From NCBI GenBank assembly GCA_963719315.1, contig CAVRBU010000002.1, positions 928,001-992,000 on the forward strand: 64,000 bases of DNA, in the 5' to 3' direction. Source of the DNA: an uncultured Planctomycetota bacterium (GTDB taxonomy: Bacteria; Planctomycetota; Planctomycetia; Pirellulales; Lacipirellulaceae). Positions 33,186 through 42,430 of the stretch are shown here, one piece after another. The first letter of the stretch is position 1; each line of letters opens with the position of its first letter. The translations under genes and the position numbers were made by a program. The notes under the pieces are model-generated. The model worked only from the letters and a program-made list of their open reading frames with translations. It was not told where the DNA came from and did not search any database.

Positions 33186-33683
33186 ATGTTTTCCGACTCG
33201 ATTGCAGTTTTGCGCAAAATCGTGCGCTCGCTTCTGATCGGCAGTGCGCCAAACCAGCTTGCGGCCGGATTCACGGTCGGCATGGTCATTGGCGTCATGC
33301 CGAAATCGAACCTGATCGCGCTGTCGCTGTGCGTGCTGTTGTTTTCGATGCGCTGCAACAAGGGGCTTGGTCTGGCCGCGGCGGTGGCGTTTTCGTTCGT
33401 CGGCCCGTGGACCGATCCATTTGCCCATAAGCTTGGGCTGGCAGTGCTCGATTTTGGCGCGCTGCAAGCGACGTATGTCTCGGTGTTGAACCTTCCGCTC
33501 GGCGCGTGGCTGGGTTTTAACAACACGGTTGTGGCCGGGTCTTTTTTGATTGGCCTGTATGTAGCGTTTCCAGTTTACTGGTTCACGCGCGTGTTTTTCA
33601 GTGGCCTTCAATCGGTCTTCATCCGGAAGCCAGGCGCGCATTTGGGGATGGATGCCGAGCTTCAACCGAGGGCTGCCGCATGA
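33186..33683 (+). CDS. TIGR03546 family membrane protein
   Basis: PNQLAAGFTVGMVIGVMPKSNL, DPFAHKLG, FNNTVVAGS. Confidence 0.85.
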   Translation: MFSDSIAVLRKIVRSLLIGSAPNQLAAGFTVGMVIGVMPKSNLIALSLCVLLFSMRCNKGLGLAAAVAFSFVGPWTDPFAHKLGLAVLDFGALQATYVSVLNLPLGAWLGFNNTVVAGSFLIGLYVAFPVYWFTRVFFSGLQSVFIRKPGAHLGMDAELQPRAAA

Positions 33684-35439
33684 GCCGTGGATTGCAATGG
33701 CAAATCTGGGCGCCGCGGTTGATGCTGGTCGTCGTCGTGGCGCTGGCCGTACAATATGGACTGGGCCTGATCGTTCGGTCGATCGCGATTCGATCGGGCG
33801 AAGCGGCGTTTGGAACCCGCGTCGAAGTCGGCAATTCGCGTGTGTCGCTGTGGAATCGACAGGTTGTGCTATACGACTTGCAGCTAGGTAATCCGCGCTG
33901 CCCGACTGACGATCTCGTGGAAGCCGACCGCTGCCAATTGGATATCGCGGTTCAGCCGCTGCTGCACAAGCGAGCGGTAGTTACTCGTGGACGCCTCAGC
34001 GGCTTGCGATTCTCGGCGTTCGCCGGTGGTGATGCGAAGTCGGGTAGTGGAACGGCAACGATTACGCCGCCGATCGAGTGGTTCAAAGACGAGCCGGAAG
34101 CCGTTGCCGGCCAGTGGTTTGCCCATTTGGCCGAGCGATTCAAGCAGAACATGGTGGACCAGCTCGAATCGGTCCAACGCACCGAAGCGTTTTGTGCTCG
34201 CTGGTCGAGCCAGTCGGCCGCCTTGGATACCCGCGGACGCAAGTTGAACGAGCGCGTCGCAAATTTACAAAAATCGGTCGAAGCGGCCGAAGCGAATCCG
34301 CTACGTGGCGACAAAGTGTTGGAAAACCTGCCGCAAACGATCGCCGACCTGCAGAAGGATTTCGCAGATCTGAACGCCGATCTGGCCAGGCTGCCCGACC
34401 AGCTCGATTCCGAACGGCGGGCGATAGTGGCGGCCCGTCGCCACGACGAAGAGCTGTTGCGGAAACTCGCGACGCTCGAACCGCTCGAAGCCGACGCGTT
34501 GAGTGCGTACCTGCTGCGCACGCAAGTCGTCCGGCCGCTTAATGAGCTAGTAGGCTGGCTGCGATGGATGCGCGAACGTTGCCGGCGAATGCAGCCAACG
34601 TCGGCCGCGCTCGCGGCGAGAACATTTTGTTCGCCGGTTGCCGCCGATCGCCCGATGTGTTGATCCAAGCCCTCGACCTGCGCGGTTCTGCGCGGATCGC
34701 GAGTCAGCCCGTCGAGTTCCGTGGAACACTCACGGGATTATCGACGCAGCCGACGCTGACCACAGAGCCAATGCGATTGCGACTCGAAACGGCCGGTTCG
34801 ATGCCGATAGAACTACAAGCCACAATCGACCGCACGCACGGGACCAAGCGCGACGCGCTGCTGTTAGATTGCCAGGGCATTGTCCTGCCGCGGCTGGAAC
34901 TAGGAAAATCAGATCAGCTTACCGTCGCGATCGCGCCGTCGCTCGGGTCGCTGTCGGTCCGCTTGGCTCTCGACGGAGAGAAACTCACTGGCGAAATTCA
35001 AATGGTGCAGCAGAACGTGCGGATCACGCCGGCGCTGGCGGGCGATTTCGCCGACGTGCCGATTTGCGGCGCGCTGGAGGAAACACTTGGCCGCGTTGAT
35101 TCGCTGGCGACCCACGCTTCGCTCGGCGGTACGCTCTCGGAGCCGACGTGCACGCTCTGGTCGAACCTTGGCCCCGCGGTTGCCGTGGCGATCGAGCGGG
35201 CTCTGGAGAGGGCCGGCGGTCGACATGTCCGGGCGCAGTTCGTCGAAGCCGGCAAGCAGGTTGATGAGCGGCTCACGACCGTGGAGCGGCAGATGTCGGA
35301 ACAGCAGACGCGGTGGAGTTCCCGCGTGGCCGAAGTGCGGGTTCAACTCCGCGTGCTCGCGGCGAGCGAAGTGCCACGAGATCGCCTTTCGCCTCAGCGA
35401 ATTGGCCGGCGGTTGCCGAGCAACTCTCTGTTCCGCTAA
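33680..35439 (+). CDS. TIGR03545 family protein, frameshift near 34572
   Basis: ATGA coupling to TIGR03546; TM anchor, coiled coil, RGENILF, WSNLG. Confidence 0.75.
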
Positions 35440-35534
35440 GCGTAGATTGGCCTTCAGCCCGATGCTATATTCTCGCTTCTTCGTTCTCGGCCACCGCCTT
35501 GTCAGGCTAAAGGCTTGACGTACAATCGCATTCC

Positions 35535-36203
35535 ATGTCCACGCTCGCCGTTATCTTTGATATGGATGGTGTGCTCGTCGATTCGTACAAGGCCCACTTC
35601 ATAAGCTGGTCGCGGATGTATCACGAGCAAAAGCTCGAGTATTCGGAGTCCGATTTCGCCGCCGACTTCGGCCGCACGAGCCGCGACATCCTCTCTCGCC
35701 GTTTCGGTGCAGAACTTAGTGAGGGGCAGATTCGGCATTTCGATGATCGCAAAGAGGCACTGTACCGCGACGAGCTCCACGATCATTTTCCGGCAATGGA
35801 TGGCGCGGTCGAGCTAATCGACGCCCTGGCGGCCGACGGATTTCATCTGGCCGTCGGTTCCTCCGGCCCGTCGGAGAATATCGCATTGTGTCTGGAAAAG
35901 TTGGGCCGCGGCGCGAAGTTTGGAGCCCTCGTAACTCGCCAAGACGTGACGCGCGGCAAACCCGATCCGCAGGTGTTTCAACTGGCCGCCGAGAGGCTGG
36001 GCGTCGCTGCCAATTGTTGTGCCGTCGTGGAGGACGCGGTCCACGGCATCGAAGCGGCCAACCGCGCCGGCATGACTAGCATCGCCCTCGTGGGCACATC
36101 GACCCGCGACCAACTCGCGGAAGCCATCCTCGTTATCGATAGCCTCAGGGAGCTATCGCCGGCGACGCTTCGCGAACTGATACTCCGTCGAGCGGTTGGG
36201 TAG
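35535..36203 (+). CDS. HAD-family phosphatase (beta-phosphoglucomutase-like)
   Basis: FDMDGVLVDS, GKPDP, VEDAVHGIEAA. Confidence 0.92.
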   Translation: MSTLAVIFDMDGVLVDSYKAHFISWSRMYHEQKLEYSESDFAADFGRTSRDILSRRFGAELSEGQIRHFDDRKEALYRDELHDHFPAMDGAVELIDALAADGFHLAVGSSGPSENIALCLEKLGRGAKFGALVTRQDVTRGKPDPQVFQLAAERLGVAANCCAVVEDAVHGIEAANRAGMTSIALVGTSTRDQLAEAILVIDSLRELSPATLRELILRRAVG

Positions 36204-36399
36204 CAGAAAGGCAAAGTGAGAATTTTTGCCGCGCCTCTAGCGTCCCGCTACGCGTCACAAGCCCCAAAGCTTTCCTAGTTTACGTTGCCTGCTGGCCAAA
36301 ATCCCCAAAGCTTGGACATCACCCGAGCCGCGGCCGCACGTACTGTTCCAGGCTTCTCGCGGCAGTCTGCGAAAGGGCCAGATTTTAGCCAAAGTTCGT

Positions 36400-36428
36400 T
36401 AGACCTTTCTGAAGTGACTCGTTATACT
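36400..36428 (+). promoter_or_regulatory. Putative sigma70 promoter for the RRM gene
   Basis: TAGACC-N17-TATACT about 170 nt upstream of ATG 36600. Confidence 0.5.
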
Positions 36429-36599
36429 TAGCCGTCAGATAGGTCTTTTCCCGATCTGGTTTGGTGACCTTGTAGGACTCCAAAGCAGTCGCGGAAGCTG
36501 TTGGAACCGCATTTGAAACGCAGCGCGGGGGGATCGTCTCGCAGTCGAACGCCGGCGTCGATGCTTTGAATCGGTTCTATTGTTTTGGAGTTTCGCACG

Positions 36600-36950
36600 A
36601 TGAAGCTGTATGTTGGCAACCTTTCCTTTTCAACAACCGAGGAAACGTTGCAGGCCGAGTTTGGGGCCCACGGTCAAGTGGAAGAAGTGGCCGTGATAAC
36701 GGATCGCGACACGGGTCGTCCGCGCGGTTTTGCCTTCGTTTCGATGAGCAACGACAACGAGGCCCACGCCGCCATTGAAGCGCTCAACGGCACGGAGATC
36801 GATGGTCGTACGATCACCGTCAACGAAGCTAAACCGAAGAGCAACAGCGGCGGCGGTGGTGGTGGTGGTGGTGGTCGCGGCGGCGGTTACCGCGGTGGCG
36901 GAGGTGGCGGCGGCGGTTACCGTGGCGGCGGCGGTGGAAAGCGCTGGTAA
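36600..36950 (+). CDS. RRM RNA-binding protein with Gly/Arg-rich tail
   Basis: KLYVGNL (RNP2), RGFAFV (RNP1), VNEAKPK, GGGYRGG repeats. Confidence 0.95.
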   Translation: MKLYVGNLSFSTTEETLQAEFGAHGQVEEVAVITDRDTGRPRGFAFVSMSNDNEAHAAIEALNGTEIDGRTITVNEAKPKSNSGGGGGGGGGRGGGYRGGGGGGGGYRGGGGGKRW

Positions 36951-37030
36951 CCTCAAACTCTCGCCCACAAGCCGAGATCATGCCCGCTAGTCGGATGACG
37001 AAGGCGAGTTGACGGCGAATAATTCGAATC

Positions 37031-37068
37031 AGCCCGCTGGCGCGCGAAAGTGCCTCAGCGGGCTTTTA
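37031..37068 (+). terminator. Intrinsic terminator after the RRM gene
   Basis: agcccgctg...cagcgggct stem followed by T-run. Confidence 0.7.
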
Positions 37069-37108
37069 TCGTTTACGGGTTCACCAGCCGTCGAATAGGT
37101 AGCTGAAC

Positions 37109-37963
37109 ATGAAGTTTTACAAGTTTTGGGCGCGCGGCGAGGCGATGCTTCAGGACTCAAAGCGGCCCTGGAAGGTTTGTGCGTACGGCGGCTCAGACAA
37201 TTCAATGGAAGAAGCGACTCGCCGAGCGGACGAGCGGGCCAAACAATTGATCGCCGCCATAGAATGCGGAAGCGCGGGAAACGAGTATGGGTACAGCGAC
37301 CGGCCTGTGCGCGAGGAAATCGTCCAGGAATATCGTGACGGCACCGAACTTTCGTCCGCCATTACGCGGAATTCCTACGGCTCGCTCGTGCTGAACACCA
37401 GCCGCGTAATGTTTGTGGATGTGGATGTTCCGAGTGCGGTGACGCTCGGGAGCTTCACTCGCAGTATTTGGGATAAACTGCGTGGAAAGTCCACGCCTCC
37501 ACAAGCCGATGGCGACCTGCAACTCCAGCGAATTGAAGCTGTGGGGCGTGAGCGGCCGGGTTTGGGCTATCGCGTGTATCGCACCGCCGGAGGCTATCGA
37601 GTGCTAATCACGAGCGACCTGTACGATCCCATGTCGCCCGAATCGGAAAAGTTGTTGGCAGCCTTCGGCAGCGATCCGCTCTATACGCGCCTGTGCAAAG
37701 CACAGGAATGCTTTCGGGCACGTCTATCGGCCAAGTTCTGGCGGTGCGGCGCCCGCAGGCCCCCTTCGCGATTTCCGTGGGCCACCGCGGACCAAGAACA
37801 ACAGTATCGAAAATGGGAGGAAGCGTATCACCGCCGGGCCAATCGATTTGCCACATGTCAGCTAATCGGCACATTTGGGCCGCCGGAAGTCTGCGAAGCC
37901 GTCCGGCCGATTCTGGAGATGCACGACAACCTCACGATGCAAGCCGGCGCTCGTCTGGCATGA
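37109..37963 (+). CDS. Conserved hypothetical protein with DxD motif
   Basis: 284-aa ORF; TRNSYG.LVLN, MFVDVD, YRTAGGYRV, SDPLY..LC..Q.CFRARL. Confidence 0.8.
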   Translation: MKFYKFWARGEAMLQDSKRPWKVCAYGGSDNSMEEATRRADERAKQLIAAIECGSAGNEYGYSDRPVREEIVQEYRDGTELSSAITRNSYGSLVLNTSRVMFVDVDVPSAVTLGSFTRSIWDKLRGKSTPPQADGDLQLQRIEAVGRERPGLGYRVYRTAGGYRVLITSDLYDPMSPESEKLLAAFGSDPLYTRLCKAQECFRARLSAKFWRCGARRPPSRFPWATADQEQQYRKWEEAYHRRANRFATCQLIGTFGPPEVCEAVRPILEMHDNLTMQAGARLA

Positions 37964-38049
37964 ATAATTAGCCGGCCTTGATCGCAATGTACAACGTGGA
38001 ACGCTGCAAAACCCTTGCCGCACGATAACGGGCAAGCTACGCTGCCAGT

Positions 38050-38319
38050 ATGGAAAAAAAGCAACTTCTAGCGACGCTCGATGCACTTCGAGTCGAGGTG
38101 GCGCAGGCTAGCGAGGTCGATCCAGCGATGTTGGACGACCTGCGGCGGCTGACGGATGAAATTCGCCAGGCGATCGACGACGATCAGCCAATGGCCGCGG
38201 TCGACGAGGAAGCCTCGCACGGCTTGAAGGATCTACTGCTGCAGTTCGAGGCCGAGCACCCGCAACTTTCGGTGGCCGTAGGCAAAGTAGCCGACGCCCT
38301 GGCCGCGATGGGCTTTTAG
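38050..38319 (+). CDS. DUF4404-like small helical protein
   Basis: FEAEHPQLS...DALAAMGF C-terminus. Confidence 0.75.
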   Translation: MEKKQLLATLDALRVEVAQASEVDPAMLDDLRRLTDEIRQAIDDDQPMAAVDEEASHGLKDLLLQFEAEHPQLSVAVGKVADALAAMGF

Positions 38320-38409
38320 CATCTATCCACGACTGCTGTTCGCGGAATGGCGCAGAAATTCGCCTACTTCGTACTCCCAACTTTGCCTTCCCCATTCCCC
38401 ACTCCAATC

Positions 38410-38786
38410 ATGCCCACCAATCTCGGCCACCGCGTTCTGCCCTGCTTGCTGGTCTCGGACATGCGCCGATCGCTCGACTTCTATCTAGAAGTACTGGGCT
38501 TCACGCAAACCGGATATTACCCGATCGAAAGCGAACCGATCCGCACGGAAGTCCGCCGCGATAATGTGGCCCTCATTTTGTACACAGAAGTAATCCACGT
38601 CGGAGACCGAACGCCGGCGTTCACGGGCGCCTGTACATTTTCCCCGAAGGCACCGACGGCGTGGCAGACGAACTGCGCGGCAAAGTGCCGTTCGCCTGGG
38701 GCCCGGAAGAAACCGAGTTTGGCGTCCGCGAATTCGCCATTCGCGACCCGGATGGTTACACGCTGGTGTTCGCCGAACGGGCGTAG
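38410..38786 (+). CDS. VOC/glyoxalase family protein, frameshift near 38630
   Basis: LLVSDMRRSLDFYLEVLGF ... FGVREFAIRDPDGYTLVF in the shifted frame. Confidence 0.85.
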
Positions 38787-38793
38787 TGCAGTA

Positions 38794-38880
38794 GTAGGTC
38801 CGCCGAGCGGAGACGAACGTTTCACGTAGCCGCGTCACATCAAGACGCGAAATGGAGTCCGCCGCGGCGGGCTCGCCTAC
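38794..38880. repeat. GTAG-type REP doublet
   Basis: gtaggtccgccgagcgg... / ...gtccgccgcggcgggctcgcctac; supplies the stop codon of the 38877 gene. Confidence 0.55.
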
Positions 38881-41078
38881 ATGGGACGCCCAACCCGTAC
38901 CGGCAATGTCGCAAGCGACGCGAAGATCGCATCGACTGCATCGGACGACGTATTCGACTCCGTACCGATAAGTGAGCCATTGTTCGACGATTGCATAACA
39001 CCCCCGCTGTCCGGACGCTGATCGCGCCCCCGCGACGCCAGCCAGGCAGTCAGCGCGTGATCGTCAAATCGTCCGACAGCCACCGGGTTCGCCGAGGGAA
39101 GTGTCCGAGGTGCGCGACGGCTAATTGGTCCCGAAGTGCCGAAACTCGCGATCTCCTGTGGCGGAACATTTTGTTCCGTTGTCGCCAACGCACTAACGCG
39201 CGGCAAAGCCGCGGGCTGTGGAATAGTGTCGATCGGCACCAATTGCTCCGCTATTCCGCTGCCCGCGCCGGCGACCGGAACCGTCTCGCCAAAATGCGCC
39301 CGCCACACGTCGTAATCACCCGAGCCGATCGTGCCGTCGCCGTCGCCATCGGCGCCGCTGAAGTTGGCGACGGCATCGCCCAGCGTCTTTCGCCAGACGA
39401 TGTAGTCGGCCGCGTCCACTTCGCCGTTCTGGTTATAATCGCCGAAGGCTACTGCGGGGATCGGCTGCATTTCAAACGCGCCAATGTCGATCGGTCCACC
39501 GGAGACGCGCGTAAAGGGCGCACCGCGCTGGTCGTTCGTCGGCACGCCATCCATGCCGGCTACCGCCGCCGGGTCGCCCATGTCAATCGCCGGGCTGCCG
39601 GCTAACAACGCATGCGTCATCGTCGGCCCGCCGTTATCGGCCAATGGTCCAAGCAGCGGATCGGCCACGCCGGTCTGGTCGCCCGACTGGCCGAAGGCAG
39701 CCAGATTGTTACCGGCACCGATCAAGTTGTATCCGTTGGATGTCAATGAGTTTACCGGGGGTCCGCCCAAATCGACCAAATCGACATCACTATTCGTATT
39801 GCCCGCAACAACGCTTGACAGGAATTCCGTCTGCGTCGCTGCGTCGCCGAACGAAGCCACGCCGCTGCCTTTGTCGGGCAGTGCCGCGTTGTTCGTGATC
39901 GTGCTGTGACGAATGACGGTGAGCCCGTCGATATTGTAGACGCCACCACCGACGGTAGCGGCGGTGTTGCCGCTGATCGTACTGTTGACGACCGATGTCG
40001 TGTGCATGCCGGTGAGGTCTGTATTGCTGAAAATGCCGCCACCGCGAGTGCTGGCCACGTTGCCGCTGAGCGTACTGCCGCTGACGGTCAGATTGCCGTT
40101 ATTTCGAATCCCGGCGCCGTCGTCGGCTGAATTTCCACTGATGGTACTGCCGACAATCGAGACCTCGCCGTCAAGTTCAAGATGAATGCCGCCACCGTCT
40201 CCATTTGAATAGTTGTCTCTTATGGTGCTATAGCTAATTGCGGTCAGACCGACCGCGTCGAACACGCCGCCCCCATTGTCGGCGGCTGAGTTGTCGCTGA
40301 CCGTACTGTGGGTGATTGTGGTTGTCGGGCCGAACAGGCCTGAAAAACTATAAATCCCGCCGCCGTTGCCGCCCGCCGAGTTGCCGCTGATCGTGCTGCC
40401 GTCGACGGCCAAGCCACCAATGCTTTCGATCCCGCCGCCGTCGGCGCCCGCCGAGTTGTTGCTGATCGTACTGCTGTTGATCGTCATATAGTCTTGGTTA
40501 TAGATTCCGCCGCCGTTATTGTTGGCCGAGTTGCCGGTGATCGTGCTGCCGACCAACGTCATGTTTTCCTGGCTGCGGATTGCGCCGCCACTAACGGCGG
40601 AGTTGCCCGTCATCGTGCAGTCGGTGACTGACAGGTCTTCGAAGTTGTCGATGGCGCCGCCGTAGGTGGCCGTATCGCCACCGGTCAATGTCAGCCCGTT
40701 GATGGCCACGGCGATCGACGTGACGTCATCGGCATCGCGGATCAGGAACACCCGGCTGCCATCGCCATTTTTGATCGCGGGTGTCGGATCGTAGGCCTTG
40801 ATCGTTAGCAGATTGGCGCCCGGGCCGTTGATCGTAAGATTCTTGTTGATCAATATCTGGCCCAGCGACGAGAGGTTGATCGTGCCGGTAACTGAAAAGT
40901 CGATCGTCTCGCCCGATGTGGCGGCGGTCGCGACCGCCTCGCGGAGCGTTGTTAGGCCGTCGTTGGCGTTAACATCGATCAGAGTGTTAACCGTGATCGA
41001 CAGCAGCCGGCGAACTTCCAGCGGCTCGATCCGCAGCCGACGGTGAAAAGTTTTACCGTCCGATCGCTGATTCGTCAT
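38877..41078 (-). CDS. Extracellular adhesin-like protein: LEPR-XLL leader, CSLREA-like motif, beta-helix repeats, choice-of-anchor Q, dockerin-like domain
   Basis: RRLRIEPLEVRRLLS, TTLREAV, STISGNSA..GGGI repeats, DPLLGPLADNGGPTMTHALLAGSPAID, DQRG, DIGAFE, GDYNQNGEVDAADYIVWRK. Confidence 0.88.
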   Translation of the reverse strand: MTNQRSDGKTFHRRLRIEPLEVRRLLSITVNTLIDVNANDGLTTLREAVATAATSGETIDFSVTGTINLSSLGQILINKNLTINGPGANLLTIKAYDPTPAIKNGDGSRVFLIRDADDVTSIAVAINGLTLTGGDTATYGGAIDNFEDLSVTDCTMTGNSAVSGGAIRSQENMTLVGSTITGNSANNNGGGIYNQDYMTINSSTISNNSAGADGGGIESIGGLAVDGSTISGNSAGGNGGGIYSFSGLFGPTTTITHSTVSDNSAADNGGGVFDAVGLTAISYSTIRDNYSNGDGGGIHLELDGEVSIVGSTISGNSADDGAGIRNNGNLTVSGSTLSGNVASTRGGGIFSNTDLTGMHTTSVVNSTISGNTAATVGGGVYNIDGLTVIRHSTITNNAALPDKGSGVASFGDAATQTEFLSSVVAGNTNSDVDLVDLGGPPVNSLTSNGYNLIGAGNNLAAFGQSGDQTGVADPLLGPLADNGGPTMTHALLAGSPAIDMGDPAAVAGMDGVPTNDQRGAPFTRVSGGPIDIGAFEMQPIPAVAFGDYNQNGEVDAADYIVWRKTLGDAVANFSGADGDGDGTIGSGDYDVWRAHFGETVPVAGAGSGIAEQLVPIDTIPQPAALPRVSALATTEQNVPPQEIASFGTSGPISRRAPRTLPSANPVAVGRFDDHALTAWLASRGRDQRPDSGGVMQSSNNGSLIGTESNTSSDAVDAIFASLATLPVRVGRPM

Positions 41079-41295
41079 CCTTCGACGACTGGAATGAAGT
41101 CCAAAAAGAACTAGAAGCCGTTCGTGGCGCGTACGACGAGCCATATATCGTCTCTCCCAGAGTTCGCCGATCGGAAGAATGAGCGGGCATTATACGCCCG
41201 GCAATGGGTAGAGCAACAATATTCCGGCGGATTATCGCTAGTCGCCAGGAGTATCTATCGCTTCTCGCTACGAATTTGTACTGGGCGAGCGGGAA

Positions 41296-42281
41296 TTAAG
41301 AGAATGCCCGCTTTGTCGCCGCCGTACCGCGGGCGGAGATCGCCGAGTCGATGATCGCGCGCTGCTCAGGCGTGAGCGACCAGCCCATCGCGCCGGCTGT
41401 TTCTTCGATCTGCGCGGGCCGCTTCGCGCCGCACAGCGCGCTAGTAATGCCGAGTTGGCTGAACGTCCAATTGACGACGAGTTGGGCGACGGAGTGACCC
41501 GTGAGTGCGGCCGCTTCGCGCAGCCGATCGATGAAGTCCTGGTTGCGTTGCCATTCTTCGCCGGTGTAGCCGGGATACTTGCGGCGGCCGTCGCGCTCGT
41601 CGAGTTGTGTATCGCGTTTCAATTTGCCGGCCAGAATTCCCTTCATCAGCGGCCAATAGACCATGACCGCCACGTTGCGCTCGCGGCACCAGGGAATGGT
41701 GCGCTGCTCGATTCCGCGAGCCAGCATGTTGTAAGGGAGTTGCACGGCCGTGATCGGGCACACGGCGGCGAATTCCTCCATCTGTTCGACCGTGAAATTG
41801 GAAACGCCGACCGACCGCGTTTTGCCGGCCCGCATCAATTCGCAGAGCGCACGGCGGATTCGGCCACCGGCACTTTTTCATCGGGCGTGTGCAGGTACAG
41901 CAATTCCACCCGGTCGGTGCCGAGCCGCTGGAGCGATTCTTCGCACTCCGCCCGCAGCCGTTCGGGCCGGCCATCGGTCACCATCTCGGGCCCGTCGTAG
42001 TGAATGCCGCACTTCGTGGCGATGACCAGTTCGTCGCGGCGACCCGCGATCGCCCGGCGAATGAGGTTTTCGCTCTCGCCATTCGAGCCGTAGACGTAGG
42101 CCGTGTCGAGGTGATTGATGCCGACGTCGAAACACATCTGGATCGTGGCGATGCTGTCGGCATCATTTGTGTCCAGCGTCGTAATGCCCGCGATCGGCCA
42201 ACAACCGAGCGCAACTGGCGAGACAGAGTACTCCGATTTTCCCAGCGGACGGCGCTCTAATGACGGCGCATTTGTATTCAT
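41296..42281 (-). CDS. Aldo/keto reductase, frameshift near 41852
   Basis: LGCW, DTAYVYG, IATKCG, SLQRLGTDRVELLYLHTPD, GVSNF, QLPYNML. Confidence 0.9.
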
Positions 42282-42291
42282 ACCGATATTT

Positions 42292-42426
42292 CACCACAAC
42301 GGCACGACGGGCACAACTTGGAGAGGAATGACCAAGCACCAATGACCAATCGATAAACTACGCGGCGATTTTTGGTCATTGGAATTTGGTCATCTGTTCC
42401 ATCGTGTCCTTCATGCCTTGTGGTTG
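42292..42426. repeat. Nested short-tandem-repeat palindromes (9-mer-like arms around a 7-mer element)
   Basis: caccacaacggcacgacgggcacaac ... [aatgacc aagcacc aatgacc / ttggtca ttggaat ttggtca] ... tcgtgtccttcatgccttgtggtt. Confidence 0.65.
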
Positions 42427-42430
42427 ATGG

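Noticed and set aside
36849..36936. GGN trinucleotide repeats
   Set aside because: They encode the Gly-rich tail of the RRM protein.
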